A DNA stretch of 64,000 nucleotides from Octopus vulgaris (taxonomy: Eukaryota). Both the position numbers and the translations under genes were made by a program. Shown here in pieces: positions 1-13,262 of this stretch (position 1 is the first letter of the stretch; each line of letters begins with the position of its first letter). The DNA is taken from NCBI GenBank assembly GCA_951406725.2, contig OX597817.1, forward strand, positions 77,190,001 to 77,254,000, given 5' to 3'. A model generated the notes under the pieces. The model was not told the origin of the DNA. It did no database searches and saw nothing but the letters and a program-made list of their open reading frames with translations.

Positions 1-531
1 ATAATAATAATAATAATAATAATCACAACAACAGAACTAAGAGAGAGAAAGAGAATGAGAAAAAGAGAGAGAGCCAGGGTTGAGGTTTAGAAGAATGAGA
101 TGAAGATTAATGTGAATGATGTTAAATAGTAATAAAAAAAAAAAGCTTCATAGGAAGCTGCGCTGGGTGGTTGTTGACAGAAGAGAAAAAGGGTGTTGTC
201 CTCCTACTGGTAGGACTAGAGAGAAAGAAGAAGGAAAAAAGAAATATAAAGTACTCTGGGTTGTTAATAAGGTTACTGTGTATATGGAACTCTCCCGGCT
301 ACAAAAATACTGGTGTGTGTGTGTGTGTGCATGTGTGTGTGTATATATATATATATGTGTGTGTGTAGAGAGAGAGAAATAGAGAGATGTATATCAGAGC
401 ATTCATATGTATAAATATGTAATAACATACATACACACATTCATACATACATGAATACATATATATACACGCGCACACACATATACTTGCACACATGCAT
501 ATAATTATATACACATGCATATTTGTAACCA

Positions 532-576
<45 letters not shown>

Positions 577-580
577 TATG

Positions 581-615
<35 letters not shown>

Positions 616-691
616 TTATGTATGTATATATATATATATAATCATCATCATCATTTAGCGTCCGTTTTCCATGCTATGTATATATATATAT

Positions 692-738
<47 letters not shown>

Positions 739-1099
739 CACACATAAACATATACACATGTGTTCATGTGGGAAGGGTTGCATGTATGTATGTACATACG
801 TGTAAAAGAGATTATAAGTGTCAAGAACAGAGCCGAGAGATCTACATCAACTGCATATCAGAGCTTATGTGCGTGCATATACACACACACACAAGCACAC
901 AGAGACATGCATATGTGCAGACATGTATTCTGTTTGTTTGTCGTATTGTCTGCAAGCCCACCATGCACCCGGTATGAATTATGTGTCTGCCTGGATGCTG
1001 TATAATGAACGTGATATGGAGTTCTCTGATGTGTTGTGATGAATACTGTTTTGTTGTTGTTGCTGGTGTAGTGTTATAGCTTGTGTATTTTTTTAAATT

Positions 1100-2245
1100 T
1101 TTTTTTGTTTCCTCTCTGGTCAGACCCCAGTTGAACAAATCTATGATCAAAGACATTTGGCGGCGAGTTGGCAGGAACTTTAGCACGCCGGGCGAAATGC
1201 TTAGTGGTATTTTGTCTGCCGTTACGTTGTGAGTTCAAATTCCACCGAGGTCGACTTTGCCTTTCATCCTTTTGGGGTCGATAAATTAAGTACCAGTTAC
1301 ACACTGGGGTCGATGTAATCGACTTAATACCTATGTCTGTCCTTGTTTATAAAGAAATATATGATCAAAGACTTTTCCTGAAATGAACCACTTTACCATT
1401 TTTTCAAACATTACATATTTAGGTCTACGTAATGGCAACCCAAAACAATACATCCCTCTCTTTTCCAAGACAGTAAATTGTGGTACTATTTGAAGGATAT
1501 TTGGTTACTATTATATTGTTTTTGCTAGTCTTCTTGTGTAGCTCCTGGTAGCTTTATGCTCAACTAAGCAAATCTATGATCAAAAACATTCCAAAAATGA
1601 CCATTCTTTCAATCTCTCTTGTATTACTTATCTGGGACTACCTAATACAATAAATTTCAGAATAATCTGAGGGAGATTTAGCTGCTCCTGATTTTGCTGA
1701 TGTGTAGATCCTGGTCAGTAATCAACTAAATAGATCTATGATCAAAGTCGTTCCAGAAATGACCATTCCATTGTTCTCTCAAGCATCATATATCTAGAAC
1801 TATCTAATGCAATAAGTTCTTCTCTCTTGCAGTAGGGTATAATCTGTTTTTCTTGCTCTTGTTCTGTATCTCCTCGTCAGTCTTCAACTAAGCAGAGCTG
1901 TCACGATTTCCTCTTCCACATACACATTTTGTACCTCCTCCATCAAAGCCTCCAGAAATGACCATTCCATCATTCACTTGGGCATTACATATCTAGGACT
2001 ACCTAATGCTATAACTCCTGCTTTAATATGAGGGACATTTAGCTGTTCTTGATCTTGTAGTCCTTCACAAAGCTGATCTATGATCAAAGGCATTTTAGAA
2101 ATTACCATTCTGCTGATCTCTCAGGCATTGTACCTGTTTCCAATTATCTTACGTACTAAGGCCAACTCTTTTAAAAGACGTTATAATTTGAGAGGGATTT
2201 GACTGCTACTTCTAGCAAAGTCAGTGACCACATATAGAGGGCTCT
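1100..2245 (+). repeat. Degenerate tandem array (~5 units, 135-210 bp) of a dispersed repeat
   Basis: Motif ATCTATGATCAAA..CATTCCAGAAATGACCATTCC..CTAGGACTACCTAATGC recurs at ~1138/1358, 1570, 1733, 1941 and 2075. Related sequence occurs inverted near 4630-4850, 24245-24370 and 44970-45160. Confidence 0.7.
1159..1356 (+). mobile_element. tRNA-derived SINE, family A (Nin/Deu-type central domain), near full length with probable TSD
   Basis: GGCGGCGAGTTGGCAG head, B-box-like GAGTTCAAATTCC, core GCCTTTCATCCTTTTGGGGTCGATAAATTAAGTACCAG. Flanked by AAAT(C/A)TATGATCAAAGAC(A/T)TTT on both sides. Confidence 0.85.
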
Positions 2246-2501
2246 CGTCTTTGCTCTCTCTCTTCTCTGTGTAGTGTAATGCTGTGTCAGTGTATGTGAT
2301 GGGCGTATAAACTGCAGTGGGTGTATATGCATGCAGTGTATATGAGTGGTGTTATGGCGTAAGAGGAAACAAGATCAAGAAGTAAAAAAAAAAACATCAA
2401 TAACAACATTCAGAATCAAAAAAAGCCCTTAAAAAAAAATGGTAAAGAAACAACAACAACAACAACAACAACAGCAGCAGACTGCCAGTCAGTCAACCTA
2501 C

Positions 2502-2568
2502 GCACAAGACACTGTTATTTTGGACGGTGGCAGCAGTAGGAAAAAGTTATTTTTAACACACACACATT
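2502..2568 (-). CDS. Candidate internal exon (67 nt, phase 1->2): CVCVKNNFFLLLPPSKITVSC
   Basis: Acceptor ttccattttaaatttag|, donor |gtaggt, one open frame, non-repetitive sequence. No homology recognised. Confidence 0.3.
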
Positions 2569-2617
2569 CTAAATTTAAAATGGAATTGAAGAGTGGGAAG
2601 AAGATGAAATAAAAGGA

Positions 2618-2648
<31 letters not shown>

Positions 2649-3178
2649 AAGAAAAGGTAGGAGGGAGGGAGGGATTAGCAGACAAAACAACAACAATAAA
2701 GAAATATATATATATATATATATATATAAAAAAATGATAAAATAGAAAAAAAAAATATACACAAATAAAATAATGAAAATCAAGTTGCAGAATGAAGGAA
2801 CAACAGCTACAACAACAACAACAACAACAACAAAAAGGCAGCAACTGTGTCATGTGTTAAAAGTATAAGTTATGGGATAAGGTGAAGAGGAGGAAAGGAG
2901 TGGGTGGACTGGATAAAAACTAGTCTGTGAATGATGGCACTGTGGTGATGGTATTGGTGATGGTGGTGATGGTGGTGATGGGGATGATGGCAGTGTGGAG
3001 TCGGTGGGTGGTGTGTGGCGTATTACGGTGGTTTAGTCGGAATGGAGGGGAGAAGTACTTGAACTGTTCTGCATATATATATATATATGTACATATATGT
3101 GTGCACGTGTGTGTATGTATGTGTGTATGTGTGTATGTATATATATATATATATATATATAAATGTACATATATATGC

Positions 3179-3214
<36 letters not shown>

Positions 3215-3259
3215 ATGTATCAATGTATATATGTATATATGTGTAAATATATATAAATG

Positions 3260-3311
<52 letters not shown>

Positions 3312-3511
3312 CATGTGTGCATATATATGTATATGCATGTATATGTGAGTGTGCGCATATATATATATATATATATATACGTGCGTATGTATGTATGTTT
3401 ACATGTATGTCATGGTGGTAGTGTGTGGTACAGTGTAAAGAAGCAGAGAAGGTTTTGAACTGTTGTGTGCATGTTTGCGTACATGATTGTTTGTGTACAT
3501 GCGTGTTTGTG

Positions 3512-3567
<56 letters not shown>

Positions 3568-3944
3568 GTGTGTGTGTGCAGAGATGGGGGCACCTACTGT
3601 TGGATAATCTCAAAATCTGTGACTGCCTGCCTCCCTGTCTGTGAATTGGCCTATTGTTCTCCCTAGTTTACTGTAATTTATTATTATTATTGTTGTTGTT
3701 ATTATTATTATCTTCCTGATATTCTATCTGAATGTCAGCATGTTCTTTCGGACTTATATTGTTTTGAATCCATTTCACAAACTTCTCTTCTCTCTCTCTG
3801 GCAAATTACACATACTATTGATGTCATAAGAAAGTAGAAACTTCGAGAGAACGTGAAATAATTTTTTTTTTTTTCCTTTTTAGTTTTTTTAGTAGCAGTG
3901 AATCTCAGAGTGGATGAAGCTATATAGAATCACATGTAAATAAT

Positions 3945-4140
3945 GGTTTCGAATTTTCAGCACAAAGACAGCCCATTTGGGTGAAGGAGACAAGCCAATC
4001 ACATCCACCCCAGTGTTTTAACTCTGACAGGATAAAAGGTAAAGTCAACCTTGGTGGAATTTGAACTCACAACATATAGATGGATGAAATACCACTAAGT
4101 ATCCTGCTCGGTGTACTAACGATTCTGCCAGCCTGCCGCC
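3945..4140 (-). mobile_element. SINE family A, degenerate
   Basis: Reverse complement of the family A consensus (AAAGTCAACCTTGGTGGAATTTGAACTC ... GATTCTGCCAGCCTGCCGCC). Confidence 0.8.
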
Positions 4141-4236
4141 AAACATGTAAATATTGGCTTAATGATCTTTTAAATAGAAAAAGCTGAAGTTTTTTGTTAA
4201 TTAATATTTTTATGCTTTTATTGATAGCACTATCTA

Positions 4237-4455
4237 AGGCAGCAAACTGGCAGAGTCATTAGCATGCTGCACAAAATGTTTAGCAGTATTTCGCTTGTTT
4301 TTACATTCTGAGTTCAAATTCCACCAGGGTTGACATTGCCTTTCATCCTTTCAGGGTTGATAAATTAAGTACCAGTCAAGTACTTGGGCTGATGTGATTG
4401 ACTTACCTGCTACCTACAAATTTCAGCTCTTGTGTCTATAGCGGGAAGGATTATT
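4237..4455 (+). mobile_element. SINE family A, head-to-head with the previous copy
   Basis: AAGGCAGCAAACTGGCAG head, GAGTTCAAATTCC, GCCTTTCATCCTTTCAGGGTTGATAAATTAAGTACCAG. Confidence 0.85.
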
Positions 4456-4885
4456 TATAGCATTATTTACTTCAAGATTCCCTGTTCCAAAATAGAATTT
4501 TAAATATTATATTGACTTGATCCCCTTATGAAATAAAACAACAAAATCATTAAAAAAAAATACATAAAAAAATAAAGGAAAACATTTCTCCTAGGGTTCC
4601 AAGGAACACTGTTATAATTTCAAGCCAAGGAGAGAAGCCCTACATAGTTACACCACCTGTTAGAAACAGCAGCCAAATCTTCCTCACATTACACCTTGTC
4701 TTGAAAGAGGAAGGACACTTTGGATAATGTAGTTTCAGATGTGTAAGATGATGTGCAATGATAACTGAAACTACTTAGGTTATAAGTCAGCTTAGGTCAA
4801 GGCTTTGAATTTAAGACTGTCCAATCAGGGCTGAACAGGGCTACACAACAGCAGCATTCAGAAGAACAACAACATCAGTAACCAC

Positions 4886-4990
4886 ATCAGCAGCAACAGC
4901 CGTTCAAGAATTTGGACCTGGAGATCTCCATTTCCAGCGACTTCAAGGGCCACCTCCCAGTGGTGTCGGGCGTCAACGAAGAGCCCTCGA
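4886..4990 (-). CDS. Candidate symmetric phase-2 exon (105 nt): RGLFVDARHHWEVALEVAGNGDLQVQILERLLLL
   Basis: Unique GC/CpG-rich island. Acceptor tcgtcttgttgtag|, weak donor |gtggtt, frame open throughout. Confidence 0.35.
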
Positions 4991-5275
4991 CTACAACAAG
5001 ACGACCAAAGATTTTTTTTTTCCAAGGTCTGAGGTCTCCTGTCCCTAAGCCCTAGACCATCACCTAATCACCCTTACACATCTTGTTGCATAACAACAAC
5101 AACAGCAGCAGCAACAGAAGCTGCAAACGAACATAGAAAATTTTATGTAGTCGCATGTCACATGCAAATGGTCTGCTATAAAGCTCTGTATTCTCAGACA
5201 CTTTTTTGTAATAGAGACCACATGGTTTATATGGCAAATTTTATTTTTTTTAAGTACATAAAGGCCTCTCACAAC

Positions 5276-5310
<35 letters not shown>

Positions 5311-5429
5311 TATGTAAAACAAAAGGAATGGTCCACTATTATAATGTTGATCAAATGCTAAAAAGAGAAACGGTTAAAAAAAAAGGTGGAATAAAAATTT
5401 AAAAAGAAAAGGAAAAAAAATTAACCAAC

Positions 5430-5465
5430 ATCAACATGGCATCGTTTATATGTTGGCATAATCCA
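5430..5465 (-). CDS. Candidate 36-nt symmetric exon (phase 2 GLCQHINDAML or phase 0 WIMPTYKRCHVD)
   Basis: Acceptor tgtctggcacag|, weak donor |gttggt, unique sequence. Confidence 0.25.
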
Positions 5466-6146
5466 CTGTGCCAGACATTATAAATTTGTTACAGAGCTGT
5501 TTGATTTCTTTACTTCTGTACTATGCTGTGTTGGGCTTGGCTGGGTTGGGACTGTGCCGGGGTTGCACTGGGGTTGCACTGGGTTGGGCTAGGCTGGGCT
5601 CATTGGTTTACTTGAGTAAAACTAACAGAGACTATTTGACTATTTAGCAACAACAACAATGGTAAGCGGAACAATAACAATTGCAACCACAACCACTGCC
5701 GTTGCTGCCACCACCACCACCACCACTGCTACAAGAACAACCACTGCTGCTGCTGCTATTACAACTGCTGTCGCTATGACTGCTGCCACCACCTACACTA
5801 CATGCCATTAACCATAACAAAAGCACCAGATCCAACTATTTTGAACAAAAACAATGATGAAAGTATTAGCACTAACAAAACTATTACCACAAAGAATATA
5901 GAAACAAACCAAAATAAAACAAAACAAAAACATAGCTAAAGAAACAAAAAATAAACAAAGCAGAGACAAAAAAAAAATTCAACAATAACAAGCAAAAATT
6001 AAAAGAGCAACAGTGAAAGTCAACACCAAGAACTACTATAGGGAAACACTAAAAAACAAAACCAAAAAAAATGAAAAAAAAAACAACCCGAGAAAATAAC
6101 CTGTAACAATAATAACAGGAATGAGTGGAAACAGAGAAAAGTCCAG

Positions 6147-6196
<50 letters not shown>

Positions 6197-6310
6197 CAGC
6201 AACAAATATTTCAGTTTCCACTTTTTAGCCTGAAAGAAATAACAGCTTCCAAATGTTGAATTTAAAGGGAGTTTGGATTGAGGGACTGCTTCTTTCTATA
6301 TATCTTCTAC

Positions 6311-6680
6311 CTTTTACTTGTTTCAGATATTAGACTGCGGCCGGCCATGCTGGAACACCACCTTCAAAGATTTGTTCTAGTTGAATGAAATCAACATCAG
6401 CACTTTTTTTTCCTTTTTTTTTTTTTTTGTTAAGCCTGGTACTTATTCTCTTGAGCTCTTTTTACCGAACTGCTAAGTTAAGTGGGATGTAAACACAGCA
6501 ACACCAGTTTCCAGGTGGTAGTGGAGGTGGTGGGGACAATCACAGACACAAAGACACACACATTTATAAAAGATGAACTTCTTTCAGTTTCTGTCTACCA
6601 AATCCATTCACAGAGCTTTGGTTGGCCGGAGGCTATTGTAGAAAACACTTGCCTAATGTATAAGGTAATAGGACTAAACC
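6311..6680 (-). mobile_element. tRNA-derived SINE, family B (CORE-like), 5'-truncated
   Basis: Reverse complement of family B (CTTTTACTTGTTTCAG..GGCCATGCTGGA..CTTTCAGTTTCTGTCTACCAAATCCATTCACA). Confidence 0.8.
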
Positions 6681-6799
6681 CACAATTTAGAGATCTATCA
6701 TGGCGAATGCTGGACAGAGGGGTCACACAGGAGAGCTAGGAAGAAGGGGAGATAATATATATTTACCAGTGAAACATCATCATGATCATCATCATCGTG

Positions 6800-6849
<50 letters not shown>

Positions 6850-7281
6850 CAACCTTAATATTTAAGATTGATATTGAGTGACAATGAAGATAGCTATATC
6901 ATCGTATGTGTGTGTGTGTGTACATGGCAATGTAGCTTAAGAAGTTTGCTTCGCAAGCATTTGGTTTCAGGTTCAATTCCACCATGTGGCACCTTGGTCA
7001 AGAGTCTTTCACTAAAGCCATCAACCAAGGAAAAGTGAAAGAAGCTCAATGTATGTATGTATGTATGTATGTATGTATGTATGTATGTATGTATGTATGT
7101 ATGTATGTATGTGTACATGCATATATGTATGAATATATATGCATATATATATATATACATTCATATATATATGTATGTGTGTTTATATATATGTGTATAC
7201 ATATATATGTACATATGCATACTTACATATATACAAGCATACATATATATATAGGCATACATATATATATGCATATATATG

Positions 7282-7383
<102 letters not shown>

Positions 7384-7718
7384 TACACACATATGCATAT
7401 GTATATATATATACTGAAATATATATATATTTGAGAATCTGTGTATGCATTTAAAAGTATCTTTCTAATCATCTTTTAAAAGCCTGCAGGACAGTGGACG
7501 ATATGATGCTGGCTGTGGGGAGTAAGATGCTAGTACTGATGTCTAGTATTGCACTAACCATTCCCTGCAATAGTAAGAATAGTAGCTGTGGTTGTTAAAA
7601 TATGGAAATATAAGTCAAGGCTAAGTACACCAGTGTAAAACCATACACATACACAGACACATTATATATATATATGTATATGTGTATATATATATAAGTG
7701 TGTGTGTATTTCTAAATG

Positions 7719-7777
<59 letters not shown>

Positions 7778-8000
7778 ACATATATATATACACACACACA
7801 TATATGTTTATATGTACATACATTTATATATATATATATATATACATATACATACATATATTTAAATGTATTTATGTATATGCACATGTATTATATGTTT
7901 GTATTTATGCATGCAAATACAGATATACATGTATCTTTGTTCATGTACATACAAATGTATACATGTGTATACACATATGTGTGCATGTCTATATATAGTT

Positions 8001-8081
<81 letters not shown>

Positions 8082-8107
8082 CACACACATATACATTTAT
8101 ACATACA

Positions 8108-8491
8108 CTAGCAGTATCGCCCGGCGTTGCTCAGGTTTGTAAGGGAAATAACTATAAAGCATTTTTAGAGAGTTATAGCCAAAAAATAGCAAAAAAATGG
8201 GGAAAAAATGATGGTAAATTTTTTTTGAGAGTTAAAAAAGGTGGAGTTGCGTCCCCTAGACGGTCTGTGGTTTGGGTTTCTGATTCTCGACCCCATGTCG
8301 AATTTATCGATTTTTTTCAGAACTGGGGGAACTTTACAAAATTTTCGCTGCGTTAGTTTTGAATTATGACATTGGGCTATGTGTGTGTCAAGTTTCATCA
8401 GAATCGGTTGAAAGCCGTGGTCAGAGTGAGGGTACGAGAAAACAGACACACAGAAAACGCACAGACAAACTGCCGTTTATATAGAGAGAGA
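8108..8491 (-). mobile_element. Non-autonomous Helitron
   Basis: Minus strand starts TC(TCTC)TATATAAACGGCAG and ends with the GC-rich hairpin CCTGAGCAACGCCGGGCG followed by CTAG. Sits between A and T with no TSD, and is CpG-rich relative to its flanks. Confidence 0.75.
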
Positions 8492-9243
8492 TATATATAC
8501 GTACATGTATATTTACAGATGTGTGTTTGAATGTATGCACATGGAAATATGTAATTTCATGTATGCAATGTAGGCATGCGGCATATATATGTATGTCCAA
8601 GCAGACAATGTATTTTTTGTGAGTATATATGTAAGTATATACGTAGAGTGGCCGGTGCCTTCCAGGTCATATGTAATTTCAAGTCAGTTGAGAGAGAAAG
8701 AGAGAGAGGGAGGGAAAGAAGTAAATATACAGAGAAAGAGAGGGGAGAGAAGATAATGAAACAGAGACGAGAGTAAGAGAGAAATGACGAGAGGTATAAA
8801 TGCACATGTAAAATTGAAAAAAAAATTTTTTCTGGGAAAAGATATGCGTAGAGAAATATAGAGAGAGGAGCATAAACTGATGAATGAGGTTTCGAGAGAG
8901 TATTAGAGAGTGAAAGGTACTAAGTGATTAATTTTCAGTTAGAGGGAGAAAGACTGACAGGGCAAAACAAGGGAGACAGGAAGAAGTGAGAGAGGGAGAG
9001 AGGAGGGGAGGCAGTGTGGGAGACGGGGGTGGGGAGAAAGAGAGAGAAACAGACAGATGAAGTGAGGGAGACATGAGGAGATTAGACAGAGAGGAGAGAG
9101 AGAGAGAGAGAAAGAACAACATTTAAAATGAAAGGGACAAGGGGAGATAAGAGGGAGAGAGAGGGAGAAAAAAAATCAACAGATGAAACAAAGGAGATAA
9201 GATGGTGAGAGAGGGAGTGAGTGAAGAAGTGAGGAAGTGGAAG

Positions 9244-9281
<38 letters not shown>

Positions 9282-9356
9282 ATGATGGATAGAACCAGGG
9301 AGACAGGGAGATATGAGGGGGATGAGAGAGCAAGAGAGAGAAAGAGAGAGAAATAC

Positions 9357-9692
9357 CTATTTCTTTACTACCCAAAAGAAGCTAAACAGAGAGAGGACAA
9401 ACAAGGACAGACAAAGGGATTAAGTCGATTATATCGACCCCAATGCTTAACCGGTACTTAATTTATCAACCCCGAAAGGATGAAAGGCAAAGTCGACCTC
9501 GGCGGAATTCGAACTCAGAACTCAGAACTTGGCGGAATTTGAACTCCGAACGTAGTGGCAGACAAAATACCGCTAAGCATTTCGCCCGGCGTGCTAACAG
9601 TTCTGTCAGCTTGCCACTGGCTCACCGCCGGGTGAAATACTACCAAGCACTTTGCCCCTGGGGTGCTAACAATTCTGCCAGTTCACTGCCCT
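9357..9692 (-). mobile_element. SINE family A, full length with an internal short duplication, plus an extra 5' fragment
   Basis: Reverse complement of consensus. GGCGGAATT(C/T)GAACTC is repeated at ~9501 and ~9531; a second head fragment lies at 9620-9692. Confidence 0.85.
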
Positions 9693-10078
9693 TAAACATC
9701 TGTCAAATAATGACACAGTTGTTTTACTGTATTCTTCATTATTTTCAAAATCATTTGAAACAGAGAAGTGTATTTCAAGAAAAATATGACAACAGAAGGG
9801 TTAAACATACAGGAACAAGCACATATAAGAGGCAAACTGAGAGAACGAGAGGTTGGGCGGGGAGACTCTATATAGACGACATAGCGAGATAATTAAGATA
9901 AATCTGTCTAGCATAAATAAATGTATATTACTGAATTTCTCCAACAGTTTACTGTTCAGTAAGTAAGGACTTTGGTGATAATGGGGACCTTGTGCTGTGA
10001 TGCCTCACTAGGGAAAAATCATACCATACACACAATATGTGCCTTTATACAGGCATTTCATTCATGCAAAATGTGTGT

Positions 10079-10121
<43 letters not shown>

Positions 10122-10228
10122 AGTAAAGAAGCAGAGAGTTTTCAGTTATATACATTACATATATTTTATATCTATCTATCTATCTATCTTTCTGTGTATA
10201 TATATATATGTGTGTGTGTGTATATATG

Positions 10229-10288
<60 letters not shown>

Positions 10289-10559
10289 CATATATGAATA
10301 TACAGAAAAAGACGCACCAGGTTAAATATGGTACCAATTTACTTTGATTGGTAACTATGCTAACTATTTAACTATTTTCCATAAAAGGCCATATTTGTCA
10401 CAAAAAGAGGAAGAGAGAGAGGAGTAGCTGGGGGGAAAGACATACAGGGAGTTGCAAGGAAGAGATGGACATAATGTTTAACAGCGAGGGAGGGGCTAAA
10501 GAGATGTGGTCAAATGGGTGACAAGACGTGGAGGAGGAGCAAGTGGAATAATTAGGCAT

Positions 10560-10766
10560 ATATGCCTTGAAGAATTTGGATTGAACGAATCAATCCCTGT
10601 ATATATTCTTAAGCCTAGTACATATTCTATCAGTTCCTTTTGCTAAACCGCTAGTGTCATGGGGACATAAACATACCAACAATGGTTGTCAATTAGTAGC
10701 TCAAAACAGATGCATGCACATACATATATATACATGTACATATGCTTGTGTATGAGTATATATATG

Positions 10767-10831
<65 letters not shown>

Positions 10832-10995
10832 GTAGGTATGTATGTATGTCTATAAATATAAAGGGCTTCTTTCGGTTTCTATCTACTAAATCCACTCACA
10901 AGGGTTTGGTCGGCATGAGATCTACAGTAGAAGACACTTGCCCAAGGTGCTATGCAGTAGAAATGAACCTGGAACCATGTGGTTGGGAAGCAGGT
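10560..10995 (-). mobile_element. SINE family B with expanded internal (TA)/(TATG) tract
   Basis: AAGCCTAGTAC..., GGGCTTCTTTCGGTTTC..CCACTCACAAGG..AGAAGACACTTGCCCAAGGTGC. Confidence 0.8.
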
Positions 10996-11714
10996 ATGTG
11001 TGTATGTATGTATCTATGTATCTATCTATCTATATACTATATATATATATATATGTGTGTGTGCGTGTATATATATACATATATATATATGTATATACAT
11101 CTATATTTATGTATATACATACATATATTTATACACATATATATATATTTATATATATATATATATACACACACATACATACATAGATGTATACACACAC
11201 ACACACACATATATATGTATGTATGTATGTGTGTATGTATTATATGCGTGTGGATTTATGTTACCAATTCACTGCAATATAGTCAAATTCTCTGTTTCTC
11301 TGTTTATTTTATATTAACATAGGTGAAACTGGAAAACGAGACGTTACTTATAAGAGATGAAAAGAGCAGAGGAGGGGTGAAGGGGAAGTGAGGAAGGGGT
11401 GTGAGCAGCAGAGTGCAAGTCAGAGAGTTATATTTTAATTAAGATGGAATTGGTTTTTAGAGGAAGAGGGTGGTGCAGAAGGAAATACGAAGAATACTGG
11501 AATACCAAAAAATTAAAAAAAAAAAAAAACAAAGAAAAAGAAGGAGAGATAAAGAGAAAGAGAGGGAGATGGAATATAAAAGAATCTGGTAAGGAATCAG
11601 AAATCCTAGCCACGTGGAGGAAACAAATAGTTACACAAGATAAAGGAAAGAAGAAAAATCAACCACTCAAACCATGAATACACACACACTTGTATATATG
11701 TGTATATATGTATA

Positions 11715-11886
11715 CGTTCTTCTCTCTCTCTCTGTATACATACACACACACAAATATATATATACACACACATATATATACACATATATATATATATGTA
11801 TATATACACACACATATATATATGCATACATACATTGGATCTTTCTCGTTCTTCTCTCTCTCTGTATACATACACACACACAAATA

Positions 11887-11975
<89 letters not shown>

Positions 11976-12045
11976 GTATGTATATATATATATATATATG
12001 TATATATACACACACATATATATATGCATACATACATTGGATCTT
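11715..12045. repeat. Tandem duplication of a microsatellite-containing unit
   Basis: CGTTCTTCTCTC..TGTATACATACACAC..ATGCATACATACATTGGATCTT at 11715-11843 and 11847-12045. The (TA)n is longer in the second copy. Confidence 0.8.
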
Positions 12046-13027
12046 GGTGAATTCCTCTGGTTCATTAGTTTCTCTTGAATTCTTCCAACCCATGCCAGCA
12101 TGAAAGATGACTGTTGTACAATGATGATGATGACGCTATGTCTACACACACACACACACACATACACACATATAGACATATATGGTTGTAGTGGATTAAG
12201 TACCAAGTTCCTGAAATTCGCTTCTTTATGTTTAGGAACAGTACACGGAGGGGAACCAGTTAGTAAAAGTGTGAGATAAAAAGAAAACAAAAGAAGTGTC
12301 CAAGGTGGGGAATTCGAGGGTCGGGGAGCAGGGAGGCAGAATTAGCAGATCAATAGCGAGGACACACACACACACACACAGTCACACACATTTACACAGA
12401 TATCAATACATTTATATATATATATATATATACAGAAGCATGTGTTTGTGTGTACAAGAAAATCATAAAGTAATAAACTGAGATTTTATTTCTCTATATG
12501 TGTGTGTATATGCGCTTTTGTACAAGTGTGTGCATGTGTGTGTGTATGTTTGTGTTTGTGTATTTGGAAAAGGATATATATATATATGACCCCATAGCTC
12601 CCTAACTAACCAACTAAGTAAATAAATAGCACCCTCCCCACAGCGCTATATAAAATAAAACAGCTGTTAGTAGGTTCTTAATTTTTGCTTTGACAAGTTG
12701 ACATTTCTTTAGAAAGTCTTATGGAATGTGTAGTGCTACCAAATGGAGAACACAGCAGATCCCAAGAAAGTCTCACTTGTTATTCTTTTCTTTTTGTATG
12801 CATATATTTTAATTTTTACTTACATTATTTGTTTTTATTTTAGTGTGTGTGTATAGATTAATTCTGTTTTCTTATGCTTCTCCAATTCACACTAATATAT
12901 ACACATAAGCATACACACATACATAATATATATATATATATATATATATTATGTGTGTGTGTGTTAATATGTATACACACACATATAAAACATATATATG
13001 TAAACACATATGTCTATACATAAAGAC

Positions 13028-13093
<66 letters not shown>

Positions 13094-13223
13094 TACATGT
13101 TTATATATACATATATGTATATATGCATGGGTAGGTATACATATAAATGTATATAAGTATGTGTATAAATGTACATATATGTATGTATATATATGTACAC
13201 ACATACACAACACAATCTCTCTT

Positions 13224-13262
<39 letters not shown>

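Noticed and set aside
5078-5120. Minus-strand 43-nt segment with good splice sites encoding poly-Cys
   Set aside because: The body is a (TGC/TGT) microsatellite and the length is not frame-preserving; likely chance.
9443-9892. 149-aa ORF with apparent paralogues at 1074-1304 and 40324-40542
   Set aside because: The similarity comes from the antisense strand of SINE family A, not from a gene family.
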